A stretch of 64,000 bases of DNA from Pseudomonadales bacterium (lineage in GTDB: Bacteria; Pseudomonadota; Gammaproteobacteria; Pseudomonadales; GM7GCV1), in the NCBI GenBank assembly GCA_965204215.1, contig CBDBDZ010000001.1, positions 697 through 64,696 on the forward strand, given 5' to 3'. Position 1 is the first letter of the stretch, and each line of letters begins with the position of its first letter. The translations under genes and the position numbers were made by a program. Of this stretch, positions 44,066-56,000 are shown piece after piece. The notes below the pieces were generated by a model. The model saw only the letters and a program-made list of their open reading frames with translations, was not told where the DNA came from and searched no databases.

Positions 44066-45697
44066 ATGCGTACTATTTTGACCCTGTTAGCAGCATGTTT
44101 TTTACTCTACGCATGTGACTCATCTTCTGATTCCACCAAACATGAGATCAGCGCCCCTAAAGACAGGGATACCCTAGTACGTAGCAATACCGATGAACCC
44201 GAAAGCATCGACCCACAAATACTAGCAAGCTTATATGCCAGTAATATAGCTTTGGATTTATTTGAAGGCCTAGTTAATGTTGGGCCTAATGGTGAAGCAA
44301 TACCTGGTGTTGCTACGCATTGGGAAACTAATGACGGGATCACTCATGTGTTCCACTTGCGTCATAACGCCAAATGGTCCGATGGCACTGCCGTGACAGC
44401 CCAAGATTTTGTTTATGGTTGGCAGCGTGCTGTCAATCCTGCAACGAGCAGTAAATATTCTTGGTATGTTGCAGCAGCAGGAATTTTGAATGCACAAGCT
44501 ATCATTGATGGCAAGCAGGAACCCAAGACTTTGGGTGTTAAGGCCATAGATGATTATACTTTGGAAGTGACACTGGAGTCACCTAAAGTCTTCTTACCTG
44601 TGATTATGACACGACCTACGTTATATCCAGCACCTAGGCATGTGATTGAAAAGTATGGTGACAAATGGACGCAACCTGGAAACATGGTTTCTAATGGCGC
44701 GTATCAACTGAAAGATTGGGTTGTAAATGAGCGCATCGTTTTGACGCGTAATCCTCATTATTGGGATAATGCAAATACCAGTATTGATAATGTCGTTTTT
44801 TTGCCCCTGAAATCACAAACAGCAGCACTTAAAAGATATATGGCGGATGAAATTGATATGACATTTCAAATACCGGTGGATCACTTTAAACGGTTAAGGG
44901 AAGAACGTCCCAATGAAGTGAAGGTTTCACCATTACTTACATTTTTTTATTATGGCATTAATAGTAAACGACCACCATTTAATGATGTCAGGGTGCGTAA
45001 AGCATTAAACTATGCTATTGACAGAGATAAGATAGTCAACGCTGTTTTAGGTCAAGGTGAGTTGCCTGTATATGGAATGATACCTGATGCAGTGCAGAGT
45101 TACTCAGTCGAGCTACCTGAATGGGCTAAATGGACACAAGATAAGCGTAATCAAAAAGCTCAATCTCTTTTGAAAGAAGCAGGTTTTGATAAGCAACATT
45201 CTTTAAAATTCTCGCTGCTATATAATACCAACGAGATCAGTAAAAAACTGGCTATAGCAACAGCTTCGATGTGGGAGAAAGTCTTAGGGTGTGAAGTGAC
45301 ATTTGTTAATCAAGAGTTTAAGACTTACTTGGAGTCACGCAGATTAGGTCTTTTTGATGTGGCTCGTGAAGCTTGGGCTGCTGATTACAATGAAGGAATT
45401 AGTATGCTAGATATTTTACGTAGCAATACACCTTTCAACGATTCTGGTTATACTAATCCTGAGTTTGATGCTTTGCTGAATACAATTAGCCAAACACAAG
45501 ATGATAAAAAGCGTTTGGATTTATATCATCAAGCAGAACGTCTGGTGGATCAAGATACTCCCATTATTCCGGTATATCAGTGGGTCTCTTCGCGTTTGGT
45601 GAAGCCCTACGTTAGAGGTTACCGCGCTAACACAATGGATTTTATTTATAGTAAGGATTTGAGCTTCGCACCTGCAAGCACCAATAGCAGTAAGTAG
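44066..45697 (+). CDS. oppA: Oligopeptide ABC transporter substrate-binding lipoprotein (no permeases in window)
   Basis: Lipobox LYAC; EPESIDP, LFEGLV, KWSDG..VTAQDFVY.WQR, WAADYN. Confidence 0.92.
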   Translation: MRTILTLLAACFLLYACDSSSDSTKHEISAPKDRDTLVRSNTDEPESIDPQILASLYASNIALDLFEGLVNVGPNGEAIPGVATHWETNDGITHVFHLRHNAKWSDGTAVTAQDFVYGWQRAVNPATSSKYSWYVAAAGILNAQAIIDGKQEPKTLGVKAIDDYTLEVTLESPKVFLPVIMTRPTLYPAPRHVIEKYGDKWTQPGNMVSNGAYQLKDWVVNERIVLTRNPHYWDNANTSIDNVVFLPLKSQTAALKRYMADEIDMTFQIPVDHFKRLREERPNEVKVSPLLTFFYYGINSKRPPFNDVRVRKALNYAIDRDKIVNAVLGQGELPVYGMIPDAVQSYSVELPEWAKWTQDKRNQKAQSLLKEAGFDKQHSLKFSLLYNTNEISKKLAIATASMWEKVLGCEVTFVNQEFKTYLESRRLGLFDVAREAWAADYNEGISMLDILRSNTPFNDSGYTNPEFDALLNTISQTQDDKKRLDLYHQAERLVDQDTPIIPVYQWVSSRLVKPYVRGYRANTMDFIYSKDLSFAPASTNSSK

Positions 45698-45729
45698 AAT
45701 TAGCAGCTATGTTAGCCACTAAACCAGAC

Positions 45730-45767
45730 TGACATCCTCACCTTCCTTTAGGGAGGTGAGGATGTCA
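45730..45767. repeat. 17-bp-arm palindrome after oppA (terminator and/or IS200/IS605-end-like)
   Basis: TGACATCCTCACCTTCC-TTTA-GGGAGGTGAGGATGTCA. Confidence 0.75.
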
Positions 45768-45908
45768 AAAGGATGTAGAACACTAATACTGAAAAGGCAC
45801 GAGATTTACTTGCCAGTGGCTATGGCAATGGTCTGAATGGGTTTAGGACAAGCATCATTGGTTTAGGCCAATCGTTGTCTGGTATTTTTTAAGCAGGAGC
45901 AATGATTT

Positions 45909-46256
45909 TTACGATAAGAAATCTTCTTTCTCTTCGCGCAATAATCGTTCAGCCGTTTCCAGTGCTCTATCTCTTGATTGGGATAGTTGAGTTTTTCGGT
46001 AGCTCTCATTTGTATTTTCATGAGACATCATGCTGCGGCAAAGATATGTTGTTTCAAGCACAGCAGTCAGCATAATTTTCTCTCTTTTAGGCACATCAGC
46101 TTTTGTTGTATCTTGCTCCTTGCTGCTATTTTCTTGTACCAAACCAAGCGTGACAAGATGGCGAATATAGGCGGCTTTTGTCAATTTTTTTTGTTTAGCT
46201 TTGCGAGTTATTTTTTTAGCAAGCTGATCATCAAACACAACAGTATGTTTATACAC
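45909..46256 (-). CDS. Ribbon-helix-helix protein, probable relaxosome accessory factor
   Basis: HTVVFDD.L...I...A....LTKAAYIR.LV pattern; transcribed away from the oriT-like site. Confidence 0.6.
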   Translation of the reverse strand: MYKHTVVFDDQLAKKITRKAKQKKLTKAAYIRHLVTLGLVQENSSKEQDTTKADVPKREKIMLTAVLETTYLCRSMMSHENTNESYRKTQLSQSRDRALETAERLLREEKEDFLS

Positions 46257-46813
46257 AAAAAATTCCTCCTTAAAAAAACGTGAAAACCAGAAACAGATTA
46301 AGATTGTAGCTTAAAAAAATCTATTTTTCATTGCTATCAGGCTCATATTTAGCTATATACTAAGATATTATCCGCAAATCTAAAAATAAAAAGTGAATTT
46401 TAGTGTAAAATAAACAAAATAACCTTACTTTACAGAAGATCATATAGTGAAAAATGGTAAAATATCGCGTGAAAATAAATTCTTATAACGAGAAAATGAA
46501 ATGAAAAATAGCGAACATAAAGTGAAAAATAACGAATTGTTCTTTATTAAGCCAATATTATAAATTAAATTTAGTGAATTAATTAAATTTAACTAAAATA
46601 AGTACAAATTAAACGTGAAATATTAGTAACAATAGACATAAAAATAGATTTCGTGGAATTAAAATAAAATTTATTTTCACCACTATAGCTATTAACATCA
46701 TGATTTTTAATAAAATTCATTAAATTAAATTTTCATGTGGTTACTTATAAAACAAATTTTTCTTGCCCCATCTTTGTTTTTCTAAACCATTGTTTTAACA
46801 CAACTATTTAACG

Positions 46814-46838
46814 GCAACTCCGTTGCGACAGGTGTGCG
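46814..46838 (+). promoter_or_regulatory. MOBF-like oriT nic site candidate
   Basis: Hairpin GCAAC-TCC-GTTGC then GACAGGTGT^GC, like F oriT TTTGCGTGGGGTGT^GG; next to a ~550-bp AT-rich tract. Confidence 0.55.
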
Positions 46839-47345
46839 TTCCTACAGCCCTAGGGTGAGTGGCAATTTTTGCTTTGGCTGCATCGGGGTTGCTTGCTCTA
46901 GTTTTGCCAGAATCCTGGTTTTTTCCGCCTGGAGAGGGTGGGTCGATGTGTATCCGGCTATCTCTGCGTTTAGCGACGATTTTGGTTCGGCTGCCAAGGA
47001 AACCCCGTCAAAGCCCCAAATCGCCCCGTATGGGACCCAGACGTCCTGGAAGAAACCAACCAAGCTTGAAGGGCCAGCATGTTGACAAACCCCGTGTCTC
47101 AAATCTCTTGATGGCAACACGAAGCGGCACCATGCCCAGCACACTAGCCCAACGACAAATTAAACCACAAAAAAACACAAACCTTTGCAATTTGAACTCA
47201 ATCTCAAAATTGCCGTGCCAATATTTTTTTGTTTTATCAACTTTTCGAGTTTTAATTAGTCGCTGGCGCGAAATGATTGCACTATTTTTTGCTCATGTTT
47301 TTACAACATTCCTTGTTGTGAGTTGATTTCTTCTTTTTTTATCCA

Positions 47346-48727
47346 TCAACTTGCTTTTTTCACTAGGCAACGCATCAATTGCCGACTATTGAAACCTAAT
47401 ATTGCGCAATAACCTGCTGATTCCGTCGTTGAATCGTATTTCATCCTGCTTCTTCCCAATTGCCCACCATGTTTTGCATGACCTATTAGCGGTTCGATCC
47501 CCGCGCGGCGATTGATAAGCTCCGTTTCTTGCGCATGAGGTTCAGTATTTTTATCATGTGATTTAACCGTAGCAGGTTTCTGTAACCCTAAATGTGATCC
47601 TGTTTGTTGCTCTAGGTAAATGACATTAGCTTTTGAATAATACCCTTTATCCGTGGCAACTGATGTAAGTGGCGCTTCAGGAAAAAGGTTTTGATGCAAT
47701 TCCACCATGGGTTTTAACGACTGCTTGTCTTCCATGCGGATAGAATCGTTTTTCGCAACAATCAAGAAATTACCGCCTATGCGTCCTAGTTGAAATGCAC
47801 GACCAAATTGGTATTTGATCCCAGGTTTCTGTTTATTAAAGCATGCCACTTCTTTAATGTGAAATGCCAACCTCTTTGTTGGCCCAATATAGCCATTAAG
47901 TAAAAACTTCGTAACATTGACGAAATGATTATGAGCATTCTCTTTCAGTGACATCATATATTGTTTAATATTCCAAGGCATATGATTGAAGTCATATTCT
48001 GTTAACACATCAATATAGCGGGTAACTGTCGTAACAGGACTAAATGTCGACAACCATAAATCACTCAACAAACTATTTTTCTTCTCTTTATCCGCGGTTT
48101 TGTCAAAGTAGTATTTGCGCGCTACTTGCTTAATTCCTTTTAAGTCAATCTCAAACGAATCAAACATGAAAGTGCTAAATGTTGACTTCATGTAGCCCCA
48201 GACTTTACTTGCTTTAATGGCCAGTTGCGTAAGCAAATGCACATCAGATAGGCCATATTAGCTGCTTGTATCGTAGAATCAATGTCTAAGGCACTTGGCT
48301 CAGCAAAGCCTAAACGCTCTGCAACAACAGCCATATGATTGGCTAATGCCTGTTGGGTCTGTGGTGTTAATCGGGAGCGAAACTCTTCTATCTTTGTATG
48401 ATCGGGGCAATGCCATTTCTTAACAATTGTTTTGCCACAAAACAGCTGATAGGCAGCATTATCTTTAATAGCGTATTCTGCCTGGCGGTCGGTTTTATTA
48501 AAACATTGCTGCAAAAGAAAAGCACCCAGATGTATACGCAATCGTAACGGCCTACCCATCCACCAGCAACCTTTATTCGTTTTCTTTAAGTCAGGTAAAA
48601 CTAGCTCTGTCAGTTCTTCCCAAGGTAGAACATTAGCCAGCTGAATCAATGGGTGACTATCAGCTACCGCCACTATAACTGACGCGGGTTCGACCTTGAG
48701 TTTTATCCCTGAATCATCGATACTCAT
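47346..48727 (-). pseudogene. IS5-like DDE transposase, frameshifted into two ORFs
   Basis: HPLIQLA..LPW, PDHT, DIDST, TDKGY, RRAGIEPLIGHAK; element ends not resolved. Confidence 0.8.
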
Positions 48728-48761
48728 CTTTTATGTCCCTGCCTATGGATGGAAGTGTCAT

Positions 48762-48978
48762 ATGACTAAACAGAATTCAACCAAAATCCCGCAAGCAATG
48801 CAAACAACCTATGATAACATCATGATATTGGTTGGTGATTATTGCCAGAAAAATATCGATAGCGAATATATCGAAATTTGTCAGCAGGTGCTTGCTGCAC
48901 TTTCCAGGAAAAGACCGAATCCACTTAAAAGTGGCCGTATTAACACCTGGGCGTGTGCAACAATACATGCAGTTGGTA
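48762..48978 (+). pseudogene. N-terminal fragment of a DUF6398-like protein, truncated by IS66
   Basis: EY...C...LAALSRKRPNPL.SG...TWACA.IHAVG then the IS66 IR. Confidence 0.6.
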
Positions 48979-49060
48979 GTGAGCATCCGGTGTAAAGCGC
49001 CTTTTAATTTTTTTAAAAAAAGTTACCCTGAAATCTCTTGGCTTTTGGGAGAAATAGAAG

Positions 49061-49453
49061 ATGGATAAAAACTTAACTGAGCAATCTTCAAATGCTAAAG
49101 AAAAGGGGGGGAATAATTATTGGCGTGCTCATGTGCTAGCCTACCAGCAAAGCAAACTGAGTATGCGGGATTTTTGCAAGCAGCAGCAACTACCCTTCCA
49201 TCCTTTTCGTTATCAACTCTATAAGCTGCGTGACATGGATAGGGACCAACAAGAGTTATCATCCTTGCCTAAGTTAATTCCTGTCGATGTTGCAGACAGC
49301 AAGATAACACAAACTAGCAAAGATAATCAGTTCCATTTTAGTTACCAGGATGGCCAACTGAGTTTACAGTGCTCCGGTCTTATTTTAAAACAGGTCTCTG
49401 GCTTAATGTCCTTGATTGGAGATTGGTATGCTCAATCTAACAACGGCACCTAA
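49061..49453 (+). CDS. tnpA: IS66 TnpA
   Basis: Same protein as 852..1244. Confidence 0.85.
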   Translation: MDKNLTEQSSNAKEKGGNNYWRAHVLAYQQSKLSMRDFCKQQQLPFHPFRYQLYKLRDMDRDQQELSSLPKLIPVDVADSKITQTSKDNQFHFSYQDGQLSLQCSGLILKQVSGLMSLIGDWYAQSNNGT

Positions 49454-49781
49454 TATATTTATTGCCAGTCATGCCGTTGATATGCGCAAAGGCTATGTGG
49501 GCTTAAGTGAATACATCCAAGCTACTATGGGCAAAAAACCTTTAGATAAATCTTGGTTTGTGTTTTTTGGAAAAAGGTTTGATCGCGTTAAAATTTTTTA
49601 TTGGGACGAAGTGGGTTATTGTATTTGGTATAAGGTATTACCTGAAGGTATTTTTCGTCCGCCTAAAATTAACGATACTTGTTACAGCCTGAATACGCAT
49701 GAACTTAATTTATTGTTATCTGGTGTTGAATTGACAAATCCTCAGCGATTGGCTAAGGTTCAACCAGGAATTGTTGCATGA
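49416..49781 (+). CDS. tnpB: IS66 TnpB
   Basis: Same protein as 524..889. Confidence 0.92.
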   Translation: MEIGMLNLTTAPNIFIASHAVDMRKGYVGLSEYIQATMGKKPLDKSWFVFFGKRFDRVKIFYWDEVGYCIWYKVLPEGIFRPPKINDTCYSLNTHELNLLLSGVELTNPQRLAKVQPGIVA

Positions 49782-51206
49782 GGTGACAGGGGTGTTAGTT
49801 GCCGAAGTAGAAAATGATGTTGCGTATCTGCAGCAAGTTATTGCTGAAAAAGATAAGCGTATAACTGAGCTTGAGCTGGAAATCAGTAATTTACGGCATC
49901 AGCTTGATAATCTTATTCGCATGCAGTTTGGTCAACGTTCAGAAAGGCTCGTTGAAGAGGATGATTCTGATACCGATACTGACAATATTCCAGCATCAGA
50001 GATTGAGTTTGAATCTGTCGAGGGTTATACACGAAAAAAACGCCAAAATCGTAGTGAACGATTTCCAGAGTCATTACCGCGCGTTAATGTTTACTACGAT
50101 ATTGATGAGAAAGACAAGCAGTGCCCTTGTGGCTGTGGTGTTGCATTGAGAAAAATGGGTGAAGTTGTTACCCAGGAACTGGTGTTAATTCCTGAGACAC
50201 TTTATGTACGATGTCATGTACGTCCTAAATATGGCGGATGTCGGTTTGATAGTGAAATACTCACTGCAGCGATGCTACCAATCCCTATTAAAAAAGGATT
50301 TGCTAGTGCAGAGCTGATCGCAGAAATTGCGATTAATAAATTTGCTGATCACCTTCCTTTATATCGACAACAACAACAATTTGAAAGAGAAGGTATTGAA
50401 TTATCTCGGCAAACAATGTGTGATTGGTTGGCAGCAGGAGCTGATATATTATTAGAATTAGTTGAATTAATTAAGCGCCTTACTTTAGATAATCCTATTA
50501 TCCATACCGACGACACACCCTTACCTGTGCTCTCCCCTGGAAATAAAAAGACCAAAACAGGCCGTTTGTGGATTTATGCAGGTCGAGGTGGTGATAAAAC
50601 AAAGGATCAACACGATTATATATTTTATGATTATTCGGCTAATAGAAGTTCAAAATGGCCTTATAAAATATTATCTGGTTATGACGGTTATATTCAAGCA
50701 GATGCTTTTCCAGGCTATGATCCTTTGTTTCGCCATGAAGATGGCAAAGAAAAAGAAACCATCACTAAAAAAGATAAGATTAAACTTATTGGCAAAGCGA
50801 TAGAGGTTGCTTGTTGGATGCACGCACGTCGTAATTTCTACAATATTGTTAAGAACACCAAAAACCGTGGTTTAGCTTATCAGGCAGTACAATATATAAG
50901 TCGTTTGTATGCTATTGAGAAGAAAGCCAAAGATAAAGATATGAATGCTCAAGAGCGTTATGACCTTAGACAACAAGAAGCAAGTCCTGTGCTAGAAGAA
51001 TTTAAAGACTGGCTTGATGATAAACGAACGCAGGTTATGGAAAAGACCCCTATCTGTGATGCCATGAATTATTGCCTGAATCAGTGGGCGGCACTATGTC
51101 ACTATCTTGATGATGGGAGGCTGGAAATTGACAATGGTTATGGGGAACGACTTATCAAAGGTCCCTGTATAGGGAAGAAGAATTATCTATTCTTTGGTAG
51201 CGATCA

Positions 51207-52750
51207 GGGAGTGTCCGCCTAAGTGTGTAAATGCCTTTAACCATGTATCCTGTAACCCTTCACTGGGTCAGGATATTAATTGAGCAGAAGGAATTTACAT
51301 ATGCCAATTTCTGATAAAATATTAGACGAGCTTATCGGTGATGCAAAGACAGCTGATGAAATTTTTGGTAAAGACGGACTGGTAAAGGCTCTTTCAAAGC
51401 GGCTAGTGGAGCGTATGCTGGAGTCTGAGTTAGATCACCACCTGGGTTATGCCAAACATGCCAAAGAAGGAGATAACAGCGGTAATTCACGCAATGGAAC
51501 CAGCACCAAGAAAGTGCTCCTAGAAAACGGTAAAATTGATATTACTGTTCCCCGTGACCGCAATAGTGAGTTTAACCCGCAGCTTATCGAGAAGCGCAAA
51601 GCCCGATTATCAGGTATTGAGGACGTCATTTTATCCTTGTATGGCAAAGGTATGACAGTGCGTGATATTCAAGCGCATGTGCAGGAGTTGTACGACCATG
51701 AAATTTCTAAAGATTTGGTATCGACTATCACCGACGGCGTAGTTGAAGAAATGCAGGAGTGGCGCAATCGTCCCCTGAATAAGCTTTACCCCATTGTTTT
51801 TATTGATGGATTCGTAGCAAATTGTCGGTTAAACAAGGCTGTGTCTAAGCGAACAATGTATGTTATTTTTGGTATTAATACTGCCGGTGAGAAGGAAGTG
51901 CTAGGCCTGTACTTGGGTGAAGCAGAAGGTGCTAAATATTGGTTGTCAGTATTAACAGAGCTCAAGAATCGTGGCCTGGAAGACATCTTCATTTTATGTG
52001 CAGATGGCCTAAAAGGTTTACCTGAAGCAGTAGAGGCAAGCTTTCCTAAGACTATCTTTCAGACATGCGTTGTTCATATGGTCAGGCATTCACTGAACTA
52101 TGTCCCTTATACCGATAAAAAATTAGTTGCCTCAGAGCTAAAGAAAATTTACTCGGCTGATACGGTTGAACTAGCAGAGGAATACCTTGATGATTTTGAA
52201 TTAACTTGGGGTGAAAAATACGCTGCCATCATAAAATCATGGCGTGAAAACTGGAGCAAGATAATTCCGTTTTTCGACTATCCTAAAGAAATCCGCAAAG
52301 TAATTTATACCACGAATATTATTGAGTCTCTAAACCGCACCTTGCGAAAAGCTGTTAAAAACAGGGGACACTTCCCCACAGAAACTTCACTCATGAAAGT
52401 GCTTTACCTAGCCATAAGGGGTGTTTCAAAGAAATGGACTATGCCAATTAGGGATTGGAAAAACGCGCTAAATCAGTTTGCAATTAAATTTAGTGATCGT
52501 TTCCCTGACTCTGCGTAAAAAGGACAAGCACGTAGGGAGGTAGAATTGCTTTGGGATATTGCCGCGGGTGGCCCGTGGCTACTCGCTGTGAACTTCACCC
52601 GTGATGGGGTATTTCATAGCACTATGACAGCAGTAAAATAAAAATCTTGCAATACAGTTTTGATTGTGAGATCTTGAGGAGGTTGGTTGGGATACTACAT
52701 GCCAGCCAACCTATTTTTAGGAGTGTTTACACACTTTAAATGACACTCCC
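51207..52750 (+). mobile_element. IS256-family element, copy 2
   Basis: 1544 bp; 8-bp TSD AGCGATCA. Confidence 0.93.
51280..52518 (+). CDS. IS256-family transposase
   Basis: Same protein as 33886..35124. Confidence 0.94.
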   Translation: MSRRNLHMPISDKILDELIGDAKTADEIFGKDGLVKALSKRLVERMLESELDHHLGYAKHAKEGDNSGNSRNGTSTKKVLLENGKIDITVPRDRNSEFNPQLIEKRKARLSGIEDVILSLYGKGMTVRDIQAHVQELYDHEISKDLVSTITDGVVEEMQEWRNRPLNKLYPIVFIDGFVANCRLNKAVSKRTMYVIFGINTAGEKEVLGLYLGEAEGAKYWLSVLTELKNRGLEDIFILCADGLKGLPEAVEASFPKTIFQTCVVHMVRHSLNYVPYTDKKLVASELKKIYSADTVELAEEYLDDFELTWGEKYAAIIKSWRENWSKIIPFFDYPKEIRKVIYTTNIIESLNRTLRKAVKNRGHFPTETSLMKVLYLAIRGVSKKWTMPIRDWKNALNQFAIKFSDRFPDSA

Positions 52751-53081
52751 AGCGATCATGGAGGTGTCAGCGCAACGGCTTATTACACATTGATTCAATC
52801 AGCACAACTCTACAAATTAAACCCAGTGCTTTATTTAACAGACGTGATTAGGCGTTTAGCGAGTAAGTTATATCATTCGTTAGAAGATTTACTGCCTCAC
52901 CGTTGGCAGCCATTAAATCCATTTGAAAAATTCGGTGATAAAGAAGATAACCCCATCATCGTATCTAAGCTATTGGAATTACTGGCACAACTACCACCAT
53001 CGTAGAATAAACAACGGCTAATTTTTTTAAGACATAATAGGTTCCGCTGACATAAGCGCCGGAATTTACTACTTTTTGCTA

Positions 53082-56000
53082 TCAAGCGACCTTGAGAGAT
53101 AATATTTTGCTCAGATCAAAGGGTGTGTCATTAGCTGCACGCCTCTTAAAGTCAAATTCTCCATGTAAATTAATGTGTCCCCAACAAAGAACTGAACTTT
53201 CTTTAATCAAAGATAGCATTTCACCTCGTTCCGTATCATTGGCACAGTTAGTCAATAATTGAGACAAATATAAATAATTCCACAACACTATACTATTTTG
53301 TAGCAGAACTTTACATCCCTCAGCCATATTCTGTTCTTCAGGATCAGCATGCCGGAACTCACCATTATTAGCATAGAATATTGCCCTAGAAAATTTATTT
53401 GACGACTCAACACGATTCAGTTGTTTTTCTATGCGCTGACGTAATTTAACATCATCTAAGTAGGTGAGAATAAACAACGATTTAATAATACGACCAAATT
53501 CTTTGATTGCCTTATAAAGAGGGTTATCTTTCGCATAAGAACTTAATCGCTTAAATAGTTGTGAGGCACTAACTTTATTTAACCGTATAGTTGCCATAAA
53601 TCGTAAGATAGCTTCCCAGTGACTAATTATCAATTTTTGATTAATGGTTCGACTAGGTAGCACTTGATAGCCAAGGTTTTGGTAAGTTTCTTTACTTGAA
53701 AATGCGTAAATACGTTGTTTTCCTATATTTTTTATTCGGGGAGCAAAGCTTACGTCAAGAAAATGAGTTGTTGCAAAAACTAATTCACTGAATCCGTGTG
53801 TATCTGTAGAGTGAATATCGATTTTTTCTGCATTCATGTTGTTTAATCCATCAATAACATATGCAGCTTCTCGTTCTGATGCGCTCATGACATTATGATG
53901 GAATAATACTTGCCTATCGTCAATAAAATTATAAACACTAACACCTTTGTCCTTCCCGAAGTATTTAAAAGAGTAATTTGCCAACAAACAATCAACTGAA
54001 ACGCCAACTTTCCTACCATCGCTTGAACCGTGATAAAGTTCGCTCTTAAACACTAGTGGAAGACTAAGCTCACTAATGAACTGTCGTATTTTCTCATTAG
54101 CATCGTTTATGTTTTTTTGACTAAAGTACCAATTTACTGTGTTAGTCATTGTATTTTGATTTATACCCTCAGAGATCTGCGCCATCTTATTGATGCCAAT
54201 GTTGCAGCCTAACCCTATAACACTCGCAAGAAATACGTTTTTATCAGGCCTGTTTTTAACATGTTTAATAGCATGATGTTTGAACGACTTTGAGAATTTT
54301 GTAATTTGGTCAATGTCAGAAAGTAGTTGGATAATTGGAATATATTTTACTTGGTCTAAGAAATCGGAAATGTAGCTAGACTCTTTCTCATCTATTGCAG
54401 GTGTAATAATGTGGAAACGATTATTTTTCTCTTCATTAAAAGATATGTGTGGATTTAGCCCGCCGATGATCTTCCGATTAACAGAGTGATACTTCTCACC
54501 TAAGATTGCTTTAAGCTTTGCTAACACATCAATATGTTCCGAAAAATGCTCTAATCCTGCAAGCCTTAGCAGATCAGATCTTTGTGCATCCCAGTCTTCT
54601 TTTTCGATTAAGTAATCCTGAATTGATAAATAACGATAAGAGTGTTTTAGGTTTAACTGTCCTGATTTAATTGCATCTGCCGTATGCATAAAAAACAAAA
54701 TCTTGTATAGAGATAGTTTAAATTTTCCTTGTTCGTTAATGATAGCCTCTTTTTCATCTTGGGTTAAGAACTCATCAGGCGCTTTGCTGGCATTTTGATC
54801 ATTGATTTTCTTAAAATACTTTATCGCTGAAATTAGCGTTTGATCAGAATAGCTTGGGTTAAACTCCAATGTTTTTACTATGTCAGAAACTCGATTCTGT
54901 AATTTAACTGATTGCTTTTCCAGCGCTTCAAAGAAATTTTTATCTTTTACAATGTCATCTAATGACTTTTCCAACTTAGCTATTTTATCTTTCTGCTTTT
55001 CATCTTCCAGTTGCTGGTGTTCATCAAGTAACTTTGATATCTGTTGGATTTTATCTGAATCAGATAAATTTTCTGATTTTGTTATCACTGTGATCTCATC
55101 AATCAAATTACGGTAGTTATGCCTAGTTTTGGTCAAATGTTTTATAGCTGTTTTCCGTTCACCTCGCGTGAGCTTCTCAGTTTCTTGTAACAGTCGGGCA
55201 GCAGCATTTTTTGCTGAGCGCACTGATCTTAGAAAAATATCAACAAACATGTCTTGTCGTAGAAAATATTGATGTTGTATGAAAGCAATCAAATATAAAT
55301 ATAACTTCCTTTGATCAGTTATTTGCTTGATTTGAGATAGCTTGGCTTTTTTCACCCATGTTGCATAATATTCGCAGGCTTGTGGCGTTAACGCCAACGC
55401 ATCTTTGACAGGCAAAACCGCATGAAATATATCGCTAAGCTTACAAAATACGGACAAGCTTGCTTTTATATTTTTGGGTTGTAGTGACTGATTGATTGTG
55501 CGGTATTGGCTCAAGACAGCCGATGTGTTTTTTTCTGATGTTTCTAGCAGCGATCCTAATGCAATTTTTTGCTCATCAGTAATAGTTAAATCTAACTTCT
55601 CAAGCAACATTGATTCATGATTGATATAATGCTCAGTAATGCGATCGACTAGTGCATGATAAGATGGTATCTCAATGTTATGGTTATGCAAGTAATGTAG
55701 CAGATCAAAAAATAATTCTCTGGGCTCGATAAATCGCTCAACTCTAGTGCTTATTTCCTTGTTAATCCAAGTTGCTTGTGACTCAAATGGCTTGCAGCTA
55801 AAAATATCAAGAATTTTAATTTGATGGTTTACCAGCACCGTACCTTTGTAGTTTTCGATTTTGACGTGGTTATAAGAGATACCCAATAATCTTGCGGCAT
55901 AATTGATATCTTCAAGTCGAAATTTTTTAATCATAAAAAGGCGTCGGCTAGCTTTAAAATAGGCATATTGCAATAGAAAACCAACTTTGTTGGTTGGTCC

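Larger units (their letters stand above)
49771..53005 (+). pseudogene. tnpC: IS66 TnpC split by IS256
   Basis: FGQRSE, HLPLYRQ, HTDDT, CWMHARR, EIDN..ER; C-terminus resumes at 52759. Confidence 0.9.
48979..53039 (+). mobile_element. IS66 copy B, interrupted by IS256 and cut by the transposon end
   Basis: IR GTGAGCATCCGGTGTAAAGCGCC at 48979; no right IR before 53040. Confidence 0.9.

Noticed and set aside
46834-47326. Overlapping 60-155-aa ORFs beside the oriT candidate, and other short antisense ORFs in the track
   Set aside because: No recognisable motifs or RBS; mostly shadows of real genes or of non-coding DNA
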